Source: Octopus vulgaris
Taxonomy: Eukaryota
DNA length: 64,000 bases
Assembly: GCA_951406725.2 (NCBI GenBank)
Contig: OX597815.1
Span: forward strand, 46,500,001-46,564,000
Direction of reading: 5' to 3'
Below are positions 39,626 through 54,299 of the stretch, in pieces. The notes beneath the pieces were generated by a model that was given only the letters and a program-made list of their open reading frames with translations, was not told the origin of the DNA and did no database searches. The first letter of the stretch is position 1; each line of letters starts with the position of its first letter. A program made the position numbers and the translations under genes.

Positions 39626-39889
39626 TGAATGTCTGGAACGTTATTTTGAGTATTAGATGGTAAGTTTTGTCTTGGGAACTTAAATAATTGGTTCTGAACT
39701 GATGTCTAAGCTATGTCTTACCGTTTGTTTGTAAGTTATTTACAGGTGTTTCAGTAGAGAATATTTGCAGTTCTTAAGAAAAAAAAAAAAGAAGAAGAAA
39801 AAAAGCATTCGAAAGTAAAGGAAGTAAAGAATAATTGTAATATACAGAAACTTTTTCTGTTAACTATAAATAGAAAGTGTTATCGAAAT

Positions 39890-41040
39890 GTCGAAATGAC
39901 ATAGCTTACTTATAAAAAGTTATGATATTATTCAGTCTTGAATAAAAGCGATGTTTAAATGTGATAGAGATTACAAATATTCGCATAAGCAAGTTGGAAA
40001 TGAGGATGGATGGCTTGTTGAAAAGCAGAAGCAATATATCCTTGTTAATAACAAGGCATTTTTGAAGCTTAGATCTTGCCGAGTGAGAGTGTGAAACTCT
40101 TTTGCTTCATGCCGCAAATATTACTGCCATGAATGATAAAGATATATATGTGCAATAAGAAACTGACAGTTTAAAAAACGGAAGATAAGAGGAAATCTTT
40201 TTATGAAAAATAACAATTTGTTCACGAAGAACAAAGATCAAATAGAAATCTGGTTACGAACGGTAAATGTATTCAGTGAAGATATTTATGGGTGTGACTG
40301 GAATGGAGCAGGTAATGCAGATACGTTTTTTATAGGAATGATATGAGCTGAATAACATAGACAAAGTAATAAAAAAAATGTTGCTTTACGTATTTCATAT
40401 GTTTGGTGAAAGATGAAAGCTAACATAGCCACAAGACCCAAACTTTTGCGAGAAGGAACTAGTCGATAGAGATCGATCATAATAGTTAGTTGCAACTTAT
40501 TTATCACCCCTGGAATGAATATAACGAAGTCGACTTTGGTGTGATTTGAACTCAGGACGTAAAGAGATACAACTAAATAGCGCAAAGCATTTTTGTCCGG
40601 CGCGTTACCGATGAAGCTATCTAACACCTGCCTGCTTTCTTGGCTAAACATAATGAAAACAGAAGTGAAAGTAGCAATCAGGAAAAAAATGGTCGCTTAA
40701 CAAGGTACAGACAAATTCTTAACGATAATGATAATGTCAAAAGCGACAGAAATAATGGTTTTAAAATTCTGGTTTGCTCAAAAGGAAGAGAAATACGTGT
40801 CCATCTATTGGAAGCTAATTGGAACTCGGGAGATTAATAGAGCCGTCAGGAAAACCGGAAGTGGTGAAATCGATTGATTAAGGCAAGATGGGGAACTGTA
40901 TTTAGTGGGCTCATCAGAAAAGTACACAGAGAAAGAGCCCTTGCCAATCAACCACATGGCTATCTTTGATGTGTATTTGTGCGAAGAGACGTCACTGTTA
41001 CACAGACATGGGAACAATATTTCTAATGCTACACTTGAAC
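39890..41040 (+). pseudogene. Heavily decayed R4/Dong-like RT relic, split by a SINE
   Basis: LFMKNNNLFTKNKDQIEIWLRTVNVFSEDI resembles the RT LFMDD..LFAK..I region. 40230-40320 is similar to the reverse complement of 39040-39140. Confidence 0.5.
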
Positions 41041-43038
41041 TTTGTAAAGAGTTATCAAAAGATCGGTGCTAGAATATATGCTGTATCTGAAGCGGAAGTT
41101 TCTCATTCGACGAGTAGCTATGCCTTATCATTGATCTTTACAGATATTACAGATATTAGAAAAATAACAGAATTTATCTTAATTTCCACTACACATATAT
41201 ATGATATATAAAAATATTCTTATTTATGAGAAGTGTCCTTGAAATATTGAAATGACATAGCTTAACTGTAAAACACCCCCTCATGATATCTTTATTCATT
41301 CTCAAATAAAAACTGTTTCGCGCGCGCGTGTGTGCGTGCGTGTGAAATAACCGTGAGAGGTGCTTTGTTTCATGCACAGACTGTATGAGCTATTTAAAGA
41401 TGCTGCAAGCTCTTCTGCTGATAGGAACTAAATCTATCACAATGGAAGAGAATCTTCGAGAATCTCGGGGTCTCAAGTGTCTCACACCTTGGCTTGTATG
41501 TTTCGCCTGAGAGGGGCAGCCAGGACGGAATTATCTTTCGCCAGCAGATGACTTCTATCTGTGGTCTCTTCCCAACCACAACCATCTAGAACAGATTTCT
41601 GATGCCTTGGTGTTTTAGCTCCTTCGTACCTTACTTCACTTGCCTGTGTTCCAAACCAATCTTCTGCAGGAAATAGCGCACTGATCTTGCTGGAAAATCC
41701 GCGGTAGCAAATGAAGTGTGGATCTTATCAAAGGATGGCTGCGCGCCATACTTTGACAAGAATCATATAAGCGTGGTCCTGATATTTTTACGTTCTTCAG
41801 TTTAGCAAAAAATCTCAAAGTTGTCCTCCAAAAGAAATGAGCGTTCAGCCACAATGATTGTTTTTGCACTTCTGGATAAGGTAAACATGCCTGGTTGAAG
41901 CGAATGTTACTGCTGGCTCTTATGGAAAAATAAGTCCAACACCTCAGATCTGCATACGTCTTCATGCAAACCAGAAAAGACCGCACCACCACCACGATCA
42001 TCATCATCGTCGTCGTCGTCGTCGTCGTCGTCATCATCATCATCATCATCATCATCACTACAGCCACTACTACTACCGCGATCATCATCATCATCATTGC
42101 ATTCACTGACATGAGCATTATCTTCACCTCCATTGCAATGACTATCACCGCCGCGTCTACCAGCACAACCAGCACCACTACCACCACCATTATCACCACC
42201 ACCACCATCATCCTCATCACCACCAACATATGTACAGCAATCATCCACATCGTCGTTGTCGTCTTCCTCCACCTTCTCCTCATCCTCCTCCTCCTCCTCA
42301 TCATCATCACCATTATGACTATCGTCATCGTCATCTTGAGTTTTTTTGTTTTGTTGTTTTTTTTTCCTTATGCGGAGGAGGAACGGTGTCGACATCGGAT
42401 CTGCATAATTATTTCGCCTGGTGTTTCTGCAAATATATATGTATTAGGGCAACAACGACGCTGCACTGTTTATGCAGCTGTTTGGCTTAAAGAAAACTGT
42501 AAAATGAAATCTTTCTAACTAAAAGACTAAAACATAAAAGAAAAAACAAAAAAATGTTTTTCGTTAAAATAAAGGAGATAAGAAACAAACAAAACAAAAC
42601 GAAAAATACTAACGGATTAAATAAACTTCTTAAGAATGATTTGTGAAGTTAAATTCTCAACACTTGGAAGCTACGGATGTGGAAGGAACAAATAGCGTGA
42701 AGATAGAGGAAGGAATGTTGCGTGCGATTGTATAGGAATGTCTGTGAATAATGAATACGCTTATGTCTGTATATGCTGCGTGTGTTATATATGTATGTGT
42801 GTGTGATATATGTATGTGTGTGTGTGAGAGAGAGAGACATATGTATATTCGTGTTTTATATGTGTATGTGTGTGTGTTTGTTTTCGATATACGTATGTGT
42901 ATACATGAAGATATACATATGCATCTACACACACGCACACACACACACACACACATATATATGTACATGCTTATATACATATATATACGCATACATATAC
43001 ACATACATGCACACATATATACACACACAGATATACAT

Positions 43039-43083
<45 letters not shown>

Positions 43084-43383
43084 TGCACATGTATACATGA
43101 ATAGATGTGTGTGTGTATGTATATGTGCACACACACACACATATATATGTATAAATATACACATATGTATGTTTTCTTTAACCCAAACATATATGTATGT
43201 ATATATTAATATATAAGCATTCCCATACACACACACACACACACACACACATACACACTTATGTATAGCGGTATAGGTTTGTGCGCGCGAGTGAGGTATC
43301 TTTTTTTTATTATATAAGTAATGTACGTATGCATTCACGTATGTTTCTATATGTGCGCGCGCGAACATACTCACACACTCACA

Positions 43384-43532
<149 letters not shown>

Positions 43533-43935
43533 GTCTATCTGTCTGTCTGTCTATGCACACATAACATGTTAGTGTTCATGAGTACAGATATTCGTACTTC
43601 TCCATACTCTTGATGATTCAACAGTCGACATTCGAGACATTTTCTTTATATATACTCCTCGTATTCCTGAGATCCATAATCCGCAGTGCCAAACTATAGG
43701 ACTGTGTTGCAAACCAGGCCTCTCCATCTCCTCGTATGTACATCGCACTTAAAGGCACATCAAGCAAACACTTCCATAATGCCTGCCTCTTGTCAATGGA
43801 AAACATACGTTGGCAAATATCGGTCTGTGCGTTTTCCCGTGCTCCTCTTATCAAAGTATACAGTACACACTTCTATTTTTGTAAAGCAAATCTATGCTTT
43901 TTCCAGATAAAATCGTTGAGCAAGATGGTACTTCT

Positions 43936-44360
43936 TGTAGTAAGGCGGCGAGCTGGCTGAAATGTTAGCACGCCGAGCGAAGTGCTTAGCGGTATTTCGT
44001 TTGCCGTTACGTTCTGAGTTCAAATTCCGCCGAGGTCGACTTTGCCTTTCATCCTTTCGGTGTCGATAAATTAAATAACAGTTACGCACTGGGGTCGATG
44101 TAATCGACTTAATCCGTTTGTCTGTCCTTGTTGTTTCCCCTCTATGTTTAGCCCCTTGTGGGTAATAAAGAAATAGGTATTTCGGCTGCCGTTACGTTCT
44201 GAGTTCAAATTCCGCCAAGGTCGACTTTGCCTTTCATCCTTTCGGGGTCGATAAATTAAGTAACAGTTACGCACTGGGGTCGATGTAATCGACTTAATCC
44301 GTTTGTCTATCCTTGTGTGTCCCCTCTGTGTGTAGCCCCTTGTTAGCAGTAAAGAAATAT
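43936..44360 (+). mobile_element. SINE family B with internal tandem duplication and a 12-bp TSD
   Basis: GATGGTACTTCT at 43924-43935 and 44361-44372; the body is repeated from about 44176. Confidence 0.9.
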
Positions 44361-44389
44361 GATGGTACTTCTGTTTCTCCCATCTAAAT

Positions 44390-44635
44390 CGGTGGTTCTC
44401 AACAGTTTTTTTTTACCTGTGGACACCTTTGATTCCCATCTTACTCTACTGGACCGCCAGAGCCATTCGATGTATATGAAAAGAAATCCTACAGTATTTT
44501 CATAATTAACTATTATTAGGAATGGTATTAAAAAATAAAAATATTTTGTGTATATGTAAAACCAATTTATTGCGTATGAGTACAACCAATTTATTGCGTA
44601 TAAATTTAACAACCAGCTCTGGTTAAGAACCACTG
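44390..44635. mobile_element. hAT-type MITE
   Basis: CGGTGGTTCTCAAC...GTTAAGAACCACTG TIRs; 8-bp TSD ATCTAAAT/ACCTAAAT (1 mismatch). Confidence 0.8.
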
Positions 44636-45076
44636 ACCTAAATTAATCTTCTCAGGAATATTCATTTTTGTGTCTTCCATTCTACAAAAATACTACGAGA
44701 CCCTTTTTTGTTAAAACAAAAATGGCAGATGTTTCACTGCGGAAACGGTGGATATTTGAACCCGTCTCACATGCGAGAAATTCTTTATCAACATTAATCC
44801 AAGCAGTGAATGAGGGCGTGAGGACCGTTTCGTTTGTTTCACTTTATCTGGGACATGTCTTGCAGTTCAGACTGCTCTACATGTACACCATGCGAGAAAC
44901 AAGTAACGCTCCTCGATAGTACTGTGTGGCCAAAAATTTCCAGAACTTGTCCATAATGCGCTACCCGAAACTTCTCCAGAAATGTCTCAGCTTAATGCGT
45001 CTTGCGCATGTTCTGCTTCTGATATCGCTTCTTATTACCAAATATGTCTTCATTTTCGTAAGGTAGTGAACGTGTG

Positions 45077-45142
<66 letters not shown>

Positions 45143-45956
45143 CGTTGGTATTTCTATGTCTCACGACAACGCAGAGGCTTTATCGTATATTGATATTGCT
45201 GTTGTTGTTGCTGTTGTTGTTATTTGGGCTCAAGTGAGCTCATACCAAGTAGACAATAATAATAAAAACAATCAGCTGTGACCACCTCGTCTTTTTGTAT
45301 ATCCAAAATTGTATTGTCCAAAGCGTCCTCTTTTTTTAAAGATGATAGTGCGTGGTTTTTCAATGTCGAGCAAATGTCGAAGGGTTTCAACAGTGGCTGT
45401 TGTTGTTGTTGTTGGTGGTGGTGATGGTGGTGGTGACGGCAGCGGCAATGATATTATTTTTGTTAGCACGTCGGACAAAATGCTTAGCAGTATTTCATCG
45501 GTCTTTGCGTTTTGAGTTCAAATCACCCCGAGGTCGACTTTGTTTTTCATCCTTTCGGGATCGATAAAACAAGTACTTACCAGTCGAGTACTGGAGTCGA
45601 TATAATCGATTAACCTTCTACCGCAAAATTTCTGGCTTTGTGCCTATAGTAGGAAGGATTTATGAATGTGTAGGATTACAGTGACATGGGACAGCCATTT
45701 CTAGCAGGTCGAGCGACCATGTATGAAGAAACTCTTATATCGTATAGCTGTTGTTGTTGTTGTTTGTGTTACTGCTGCTGCTGCAACTACTACTACTTCC
45801 TACACTACTACTACTACTACCACTACTGTTGTCAGCCAATACAAACATGGCCGCAACCAGTATTCCTTTCTGCTGAAGTAATTAGACAGTGTGAACGGAA
45901 GCTTTCACGTAAAAGGGAAAGAAATGAAGCAAAATTGTGTAAAAAAAAGGAAAGAA

Positions 45957-46014
<58 letters not shown>

Positions 46015-46155
46015 TGCATAAGGTTGAGTTAATGGATTACAGCTTATCTAACTGCCTCCTTTCACTTTAACTTGACTGCCCCCACTGTCTCTATTTCTCT
46101 ATACCTCTTTCTTACTTTCTTTTTTCTTTCGGATATATACATATATACGTACATA

Positions 46156-46193
<38 letters not shown>

Positions 46194-46233
46194 TGCATTC
46201 ATACGTACATGCACACATGGGTGTATGCATAGT

Positions 46234-46278
<45 letters not shown>

Positions 46279-46489
46279 CAGAGACACACACACATACACT
46301 CACTTATACACACACGCACACGCACACACTCACACACATATTTATATATACATACATAAAGCATAGCTTTTCTTTTATAGTGGAACATAGCCGTGTCTTT
46401 AAAACTGTGCTGTTGTTCCTGCTGTTACTCGGCTGCTGGTGCCGATGTTGCTGATGCTAGAAGCATCATCAGAAGCAACAACAGGCGGT

Positions 46490-46551
<62 letters not shown>

Positions 46552-47701
46552 CTTTTTATCTGTCAGTCTTTTAATTTTTTTTACTATTGTCTGAGATTAG
46601 CAGCAAATCCACATGGAAGTACTGTATGTGGTTGCTCTATTTGCTAGAAATTGCATCCAATTCTTCATAGCTGCATCTAAGGACGTAAGCAATGAAGAAC
46701 ATATTCGATGGTGTCTTATATATACGTGGAATATTTTGAATAATATATGAATAAATAAATGGAGTTAACGCAGGTGTAAATCAAATATTTTTACTTTCGA
46801 CACATGTTTCGAAAATTCCACTTCTACTTGTTTCAGCAAATCGATCCCAGGACTTATTCTCTGTAAGCCTAGTACTTATTCTATCGGGTTCTTTTGCCGA
46901 ACCGGTAAGTTACGGGGACGTAAACACACCAGCATCGGTTGTCAAGCGATGGGGGGGGGGGGGACAAATACAAACACACAAACAGAGACACACATATATA
47001 CATATACATATATACGACGGGCTTCTATCATTTTCGTCTATCAAATCCACTCACAAGGATTTGGTCGGCCCGAGGCTATATAAGAAGACACTTGCCCAAG
47101 GTGTCACCCAGTGGGACTGAACCCGGAACCATGTGGTTGGTAAGCAAGCTACTTACCACACAGCCACTATGTGTGTGTGTGTGTGTGTGTATGTATAGAG
47201 AGAGAGGGGGGGAGAGAATTCAATAAGTTTTACCATATTTAATACAAGTAGCATTGAAAAAGCTAGCTAAAAGTAATTATGTGCCGAAAATAACACAAAT
47301 TCGCTTGTGAGGACGTAATAAAGCCAAAACATGCTCTAAGTTACCTCCCGTACATGTCGAAGCTAAGAAACTAAAATTAGGCAATGAGTAACACCAATCC
47401 TCGTCGCAAAATTACTTTTAGTAACTTTTTGATGCTTTTATCGTTTAACTTTTAAATTTTTCAGTCATTAGACTGCGGCCATACTGGAGCACCGCGTTGA
47501 GAAATTTTAGTCGAATGAATCGACCCCAGTACGTTTTTTGTAAGCCTGGTACGTTCTCTATTGGTCTTTTTTGACGGACCGCTATTTTACAGGTAGGTAA
47601 GCACGCAAACACTGGTTGTCAAGCGGTGGTGGGGGACAAACTCAGACACAAAGTCTCACACACAACACACATACACGCACACACACACACGCACACACGT
47701 G

Positions 47702-47751
<50 letters not shown>

Positions 47752-47797
47752 CGTGCGTGCGTGTGTGTGTGTGTTTATATGTATGTATGTATGTATC

Positions 47798-47831
<34 letters not shown>

Positions 47832-48371
47832 TACACCTACATATGTTTAAGTGTATATGTAAGAATATAAATAAACATATATAAAATAAGGATTCAGATA
47901 GAATCAGGTACTTGAAATGATATGCACCAGGTAGAGTTGGATAATCTCTTAAGTATCAAAATAGGATATTTCGGTTGTGTACACAGAGAAAACCAACCAT
48001 ATGAGCAATTTGCGCCTCGGGGCTGGTCCAAATCTAGCGTTACTTTGAATAGTACGTTGTTGGTATGCCCTAGGGTGTCCGACAAAACGTGAATCCCTTT
48101 GGTGTACGATAACAAAATGAATAATAACATACGATGGATAATTGTCAGCTCAGTACAGCCGTTTCTTACCTAAGTTTTTAATAGAAGTATGACAACATTA
48201 CTCCATTACAAAAAACCGTAATCATCAGATGAAAAGTAATTTTACAAACAAAAGAATATCCCAAGATTACCACAGGGATGTAGCTGAAGTCTGTTGGGGC
48301 CAGCTATTAAATGGGGGCTTCTATTAAAAAGTTACGTGAGAAACAGCTGTAATGAGCTGACAATTGTCCAT

Positions 48372-48417
<46 letters not shown>

Positions 48418-48420
<3 letters not shown>

Positions 48421-48870
48421 TAAGTAGCTTGCTTACCAACCACATGGTTCCGGGTTCAGCCCCACTGCGTGGCACCTTGAGAATGTGTCTTCTACTATAG
48501 CCTCGGGCCAACCAAAGCCTTGTGAGTGCATTTGGTAGACGGAAACTGAAATATCCTGTCGTATATATGTGTGTACGTATGTGTGTGAGTGTGTATGTGT
48601 GTGTGTGCGTGTACGTGTGTGCGTGTTCATGTATGTGTGTGTGTGTATGTATGTGTGTTCGTGTGTCTGTGTTTGTCCCCCACCATCGTTTGGCAACCGA
48701 TGTTGGTGTGTTTACCTCTCCGTAACTTGGCGGTTCGGCAAAAGAAACCGATAAAATAAGTACTAGGCTTATAAAAAATAAATCCTGGGGTTGATTTGTT
48801 TTACGAAAGGCGGTGCTCCAATAAGGCCGCAGTCAAACGACTGAAACAAATAAAAGAATAAAAGAATATA
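48418..48870 (+). mobile_element. SINE family A copy
   Basis: GGTTCAGCCCC B box, GGCACCTTGAGAATGTGTCTT core, internal (TG)n and (AAAGAAT)n tail. Confidence 0.85.
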
Positions 48871-49305
48871 TATATATCCTTTTTTTCTCTCCTTGTTTTT
48901 CTGTGTACCTTTCTGTAGAAGAGCGTAGGGTCGAAACGTAAAAGACTTTTTCTATTCCTGAGCGCTATACTAATGCATCTGTATTTTGTACACCACCTGT
49001 CTTCGTCTTTTGTTTATTTTCGTAAACTTTCCCTTTATATATATATATATATATATAAGTGTAACTGCCTGAAATGGTCGTGACTTCTGTGATTTGACTG
49101 ATGAAAGAAAGCCAAGAATGATCTGTCATTTTTTTCAGTTCCATATTTAACAACAAACAAGATGAGCACAAATATCCGTCATATGCAAATAATGTAAATA
49201 ATCTGTATTTTTTTGCCTGTCCTTCTAATTGTTGTTTCTCTTGTCCGCCTTTGTGTCGTCTATCTGTCCTAACGTTTTAATGCCCTCTATTGCATTTTTG
49301 CTCCA

Positions 49306-49357
<52 letters not shown>

Positions 49358-49480
49358 TATATATATATATATAAACGTTCGGTCAGATAGATTATACAAA
49401 GGCGGGCAAGAGAAACAACAATTAGAAGGACAGGCAAAAAAAATAAGACGGCTCATTCTTGGCTTTCTTTCATCAGTCAA

Positions 49481-49525
<45 letters not shown>

Positions 49526-49567
49526 CACATATATACGTATGTATATATATACATACACATATATACG

Positions 49568-49599
<32 letters not shown>

Positions 49600-49698
49600 C
49601 CCTCCTTCTTCCCTTCTTTCCTGAGCGTCAAATAATACTTTATTTGTTCCACGTCCTCGCGTTTTTTTTGTCTTCTTTTTGGGATTAACTTTATATAT

Positions 49699-49798
<100 letters not shown>

Positions 49799-50330
49799 TA
49801 TGTGTGTGTGTGTGTATGCACTCACATACACACGCACACACTCACACATGCACACAAACACGACGGTCTTCTGCGCAGTTTCCTTTTCCTTTCACCTACC
49901 ACATTTTACTCCCCGCAAACTAGCAAAGCATTCAATCAAGGTGCGGATATTTTCGAATAAACAGCAGAAAACATCGAATTACTTTAACCACCGCCAAATG
50001 ATGTTACAGTGCAATAAGAATCGAGAATTGAACCCGGAACCACGTGATCGGTTGCGAAGCGACGAAAATAAAACTAATCGATTACAACTGTGAACCGAAA
50101 GCCGATTTATTGGTCATGGTTTACCGATTATCTACTTAGTTTAACACAGCGCCGCGGTAGGGTGCCGCCGCTGCATATAGAATTTAATAATGTAACATAG
50201 GCTAATGTATTTCCACTGGTTGAACTGTAAACAATGGGCTTGCAACATAACTGTGCATTGCAGTTGGCAGCAGTTACTGCTGCTGCTGCTGCAACCTTTC
50301 TGTTGTTGCTCTTTTTGTTGCTGCTGCTGC

Positions 50331-50357
<27 letters not shown>

Positions 50358-50361
<4 letters not shown>

Positions 50362-50830
50362 AACAGTGATGTAGCACTAAAAAAGCATTCATTCATATAA
50401 TGAAAAGATGTTGATTTTTGGTGATGGTGGTGGTGGAGGTGGTGTTGGTGTTGGTGATAATAACGGTGGTGGTGGTGGTGGTGGTGGTGGTGGTGGTGGT
50501 GGTGGTGGTGTTGGTGATAATGACGGTGGTGGTGGTGGTGGCATAAGTTGTAGTAGAATAAGTTTCAATGTAATCTATTGTTGTTGTTGTTGTTAATGGC
50601 GATGTAGCACTAAAAAGCATTCATTCATATAATGAAAATATGTTGTTGATTTTTGGTGATGGTGGTGGTGGTGGTGGTGAAGGTTGTGTTAGTGTTGACG
50701 ATGGTGGTAGTAGTAGTAGTGGTGGTGGTGGTGGTTGTAGTGGTGAGGGTTGTGTTAGTGTTGACGATTCTGTTGGTGGTAGTGGTGGTGGAGCAAGTTG
50801 TAGTGGATTAAGTTTTAATATAGTCTAATG
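50358..50830. repeat. Local tandem duplication (~235-bp unit) embedded in (GGT)n/(GTT)n
   Basis: GATGTAGCACTAAAAAGCATTCATTCATATAATGAAAA occurs at about 50368 and 50601. Confidence 0.85.
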
Positions 50831-51728
50831 CAATGGTGAAGCTGATACTTGTTTGTGGGGGTGGGGGTGGTTGCAGTGACTGAAGTGGTGATGGTTGTGA
50901 TGGTTATTGGTTCTGACACCATTTGGTGGCGTTGGCGGTGGCTTTGGCGTTCCTGGCCCTCGTGGTGGTGTTGATGGTGGTGACAGAAGGAGCGGCAAAG
51001 GTGTAATGGTTGTGATGTGATAACGTCGGCCTTTCTAGTGGTCCTAGAAGACTAAAACAAATATGTTTTATATCTTTCATATGTTTTCCGAATCATACAC
51101 AACCTGGTTGTGTATGATTTGGAAAACACGGATATGAAAGATATAAAACATATTCGTTTTAGTCCCCTGTTTGATAAACAGGGAAAGAAAGTGGGGCTGT
51201 GGTAGGAATCTATTTTCAGTATGATCCCGTTTAGTTCCAAACATATTGACCAACAATTGACTAATAAGTTGAAGCTGTTTCTGACTGACTCCGTCGATCA
51301 ATCGGTTCGATTCTATACATTTCATTGTTTTTGTTTTTGTTTTTGTTTTTGTGACATAAAATCAAAACTCAAAAAGAAACCACTCCATGTGCCACCATAA
51401 AACAATGAAGACATTTACTTTACAAATCATGCTTCATCCTCGTATGAGATTTGTGCAAAATAATCAACTTTTACTTAAAAAAAAAACTAGCTATTAAATA
51501 AAAACCGGCACTCTGTCGGTTACGACGACGAGTTTTCCAGTTGATCGTGAAATTAATGTGCAAGTGGCTGAGCACTCCGCAGACACGTGTGCCCTTAACG
51601 TAGTTCTGAGAGAGATTCAGCGTGATACAAAATATAACAAGTTTGGTCCTTTGAATTACAGGTACAACACATTTTTGCCAATTGAGTAGGCTGGAGCAAC
51701 GTGAAATAAAGTGTCTTGCTCAAGGACA

Positions 51729-51762
<34 letters not shown>

Positions 51763-52310
51763 AGTAAATCCTGTAATACAAATTTCTGCATGTATACTTC
51801 TGAAACTTCGCAGAGAGTCGATTGACAATTTTCACTGCTCACTGAAAAATTCACAATGCGATGACAGTCTGTTGTAGGATATCGATCAGATTTGGAATTG
51901 TTTTTAGTGAATTTTCTTCCAGGTATGAAACACTGGTGTATTTCCTCACACTGCATAGGGTATAAAGAATCGTTTCCACAAGACTTGCAAAATGAGAAAA
52001 ATCTCCGTAGAAGTCCCCCGCCCCACAGTTTAAAACAGAATTTTTGCACTAATACAATACATTCCCGAATTCTTCATCGGTTAACTTACGACACCTCACC
52101 AAGTACACTCCAATGTGTAGATATATGACTTACCAACTAACTTTCCATACTAAGTAAATTCTCTTCCAAGATTATTTTTCTTCACTCTATCCGGCTCGCC
52201 CCACACACATATGGACTCCAAAAGCGAAATCATCTCCGGTTACATCAAATTAACAACGCCACCGATCCTAACTTTGTATCTTCCATTATCCTTTCGTTTC
52301 TACATCTCTT

Positions 52311-52370
<60 letters not shown>

Positions 52371-52659
52371 CTCACTTATGTATATCTGTATATATCCATA
52401 CATACATGCACATATATGTATGTAACTATGTTTGCATATTCTATCCTGTTTTTAATTGTTTAAATTCTTCCTTTGAAGATAACAAAACTTCATCGTTGGA
52501 ATGCAGATAACGAAAACAATGTCACAATTTAAACCTGAGAAAACTCTCGCATACTTTAACTGTTCCGCTTCCTGATTGTATTTGTAGTGTGCAAGTCAGT
52601 TGGTTCATTCCTTTTTCTGAAAATCCAAGCTTATGTATGTATGTATATATGTATGTATG

Positions 52660-52693
<34 letters not shown>

Positions 52694-53410
52694 TGCATGT
52701 ATGTATGTATGTATGTATGTATGTATGTATGTATGTATGTATGTATGTATGTATGTATGTATGTATGTATGTATGCATGCATGCATGCATGCATGTATGT
52801 ATGTATGTATGTATGTATGTATGTATGTATGTATGTATGTATGTATGTATGTATGTAGATAAAACTTACTTGGAAATGGATGCGTGGCGTTCGATCATAT
52901 AGCATAAATAACATATAGACATATGCATATATAAATACCTACATCTATATGTATGTATATACATGTATATATGGGTACAGGACACCAAAAATACGTTGAA
53001 CTCAATGAGAAACGAAAACATAAAAACAAAAACATGGAAACGGACTTTTTTTTCAAACAACGAAAAAACAGCGTACAAAACATACAACACAAGGAATATT
53101 CCCCTTCTTCGGTTGTCCCTGTTTCGTCTACTCCGTGTTGCGAAGGTAAGGACAAGGCGCAACTTCGCTGAAACAGTTCTTCCCGCAAAGCAAATTAAAT
53201 AAAATTGGGGATTTTTTGCGGAGGGGTAAAAGTGGTAACAAGAACAGGACAGTAAAAACAAAACAAGACAGTAAAAACGTATGTATGTATGTATGTATGT
53301 ATGTATGTATGTATGTATGTATGTATGTATGTATGTATGTATGTATGTATTTATGTATGTATGTATGTAGAGATAGATAGATAAATAGATAGATAGACCG
53401 ACCGACAGAC

Positions 53411-53494
<84 letters not shown>

Positions 53495-54299
53495 GGATAG
53501 ATTTATCTGGATATATATGTCTTTGTTTATACAGAGAGAAAAACCTACGATATTTTTGAATGTTTAACAGTTTTAGTAATAGTTTTGTGTTAATATTACT
53601 CTTGTCGTTTAAAGGCGGTGAGTTGGAAGAACTGTTAGCACACCTTGTAAAGTGCCTAGCTGCATTTCGTCTGTCTTTATGCTCTGAGTTCAAATTCCAC
53701 CAAGGACGACTTTGCATTTCATCCTTTCGGGGTCGATAAAATAAGTACCAGTTGAATACTGAGGCCAATGTAATCGACTTACTCCCTATCCTGAAATTAC
53801 TGTGCCAAAATTTGAAATCTATATTACTATTGCGATTGAAGACGACGAGCTGACAGAACGTCTGTCGTTACATTCTGAGTTCAAATTCTGCCTAGCTCGA
53901 TTTTGCCTTTCATCCTTTCGGGCTCGATAAAATAAGTTCCAGTTGAGCACTCGGGTTGGTGCAATTGACTTACTTCTTCCCTGAAATTGCTGGCCTGGTG
54001 CCATAATTTGAAACTATTATTACTGTTATAATTTCAAAAAACCCGATTTTCTTCGTGAAATTTTACGCGGACAAATATCTTTGACAATCAACAATACTAT
54101 ATTGGTAAAACAAACAAAAACAAAGCAAAATATAAAATATCTGTTCATTTCATTGGATAATTTATTGAAATCTTAAATACATTCTCAAGAATGGCTCTAA
54201 TGAAATCAGTAAAACTGATAATTGTCATAGTTAAACGAAACATGTATTATATTCTTTAATGCAAATATTGTTATTATTTCAATGAAATCAATTTTCCAT

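Noticed and set aside
41394-41985. Non-repetitive minus-strand ORF pieces
   Set aside because: They have a vague resemblance to a decayed LINE ORF1 but no motif I can defend, and they are not supportable as a host exon.
41907-42518. Acidic/Gly-rich and poly-Ile/Thr ORFs
   Set aside because: This is a compound trinucleotide repeat (CAT/CAC/CGT/CCT) that is open in several frames on both strands.
49100-49130. ATGA...AA...GA read as a SECIS or box C/D K-turn
   Set aside because: It lacks a helix II of the required length, and the bulge is on the wrong strand for a K-turn.
52975-53280. CCGAAGA and GAAAC motifs on the minus strand as a type II hammerhead
   Set aside because: Stems I and III and a cleavage triplet could not be assembled. 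It is probably a decayed microsatellite-associated repeat.
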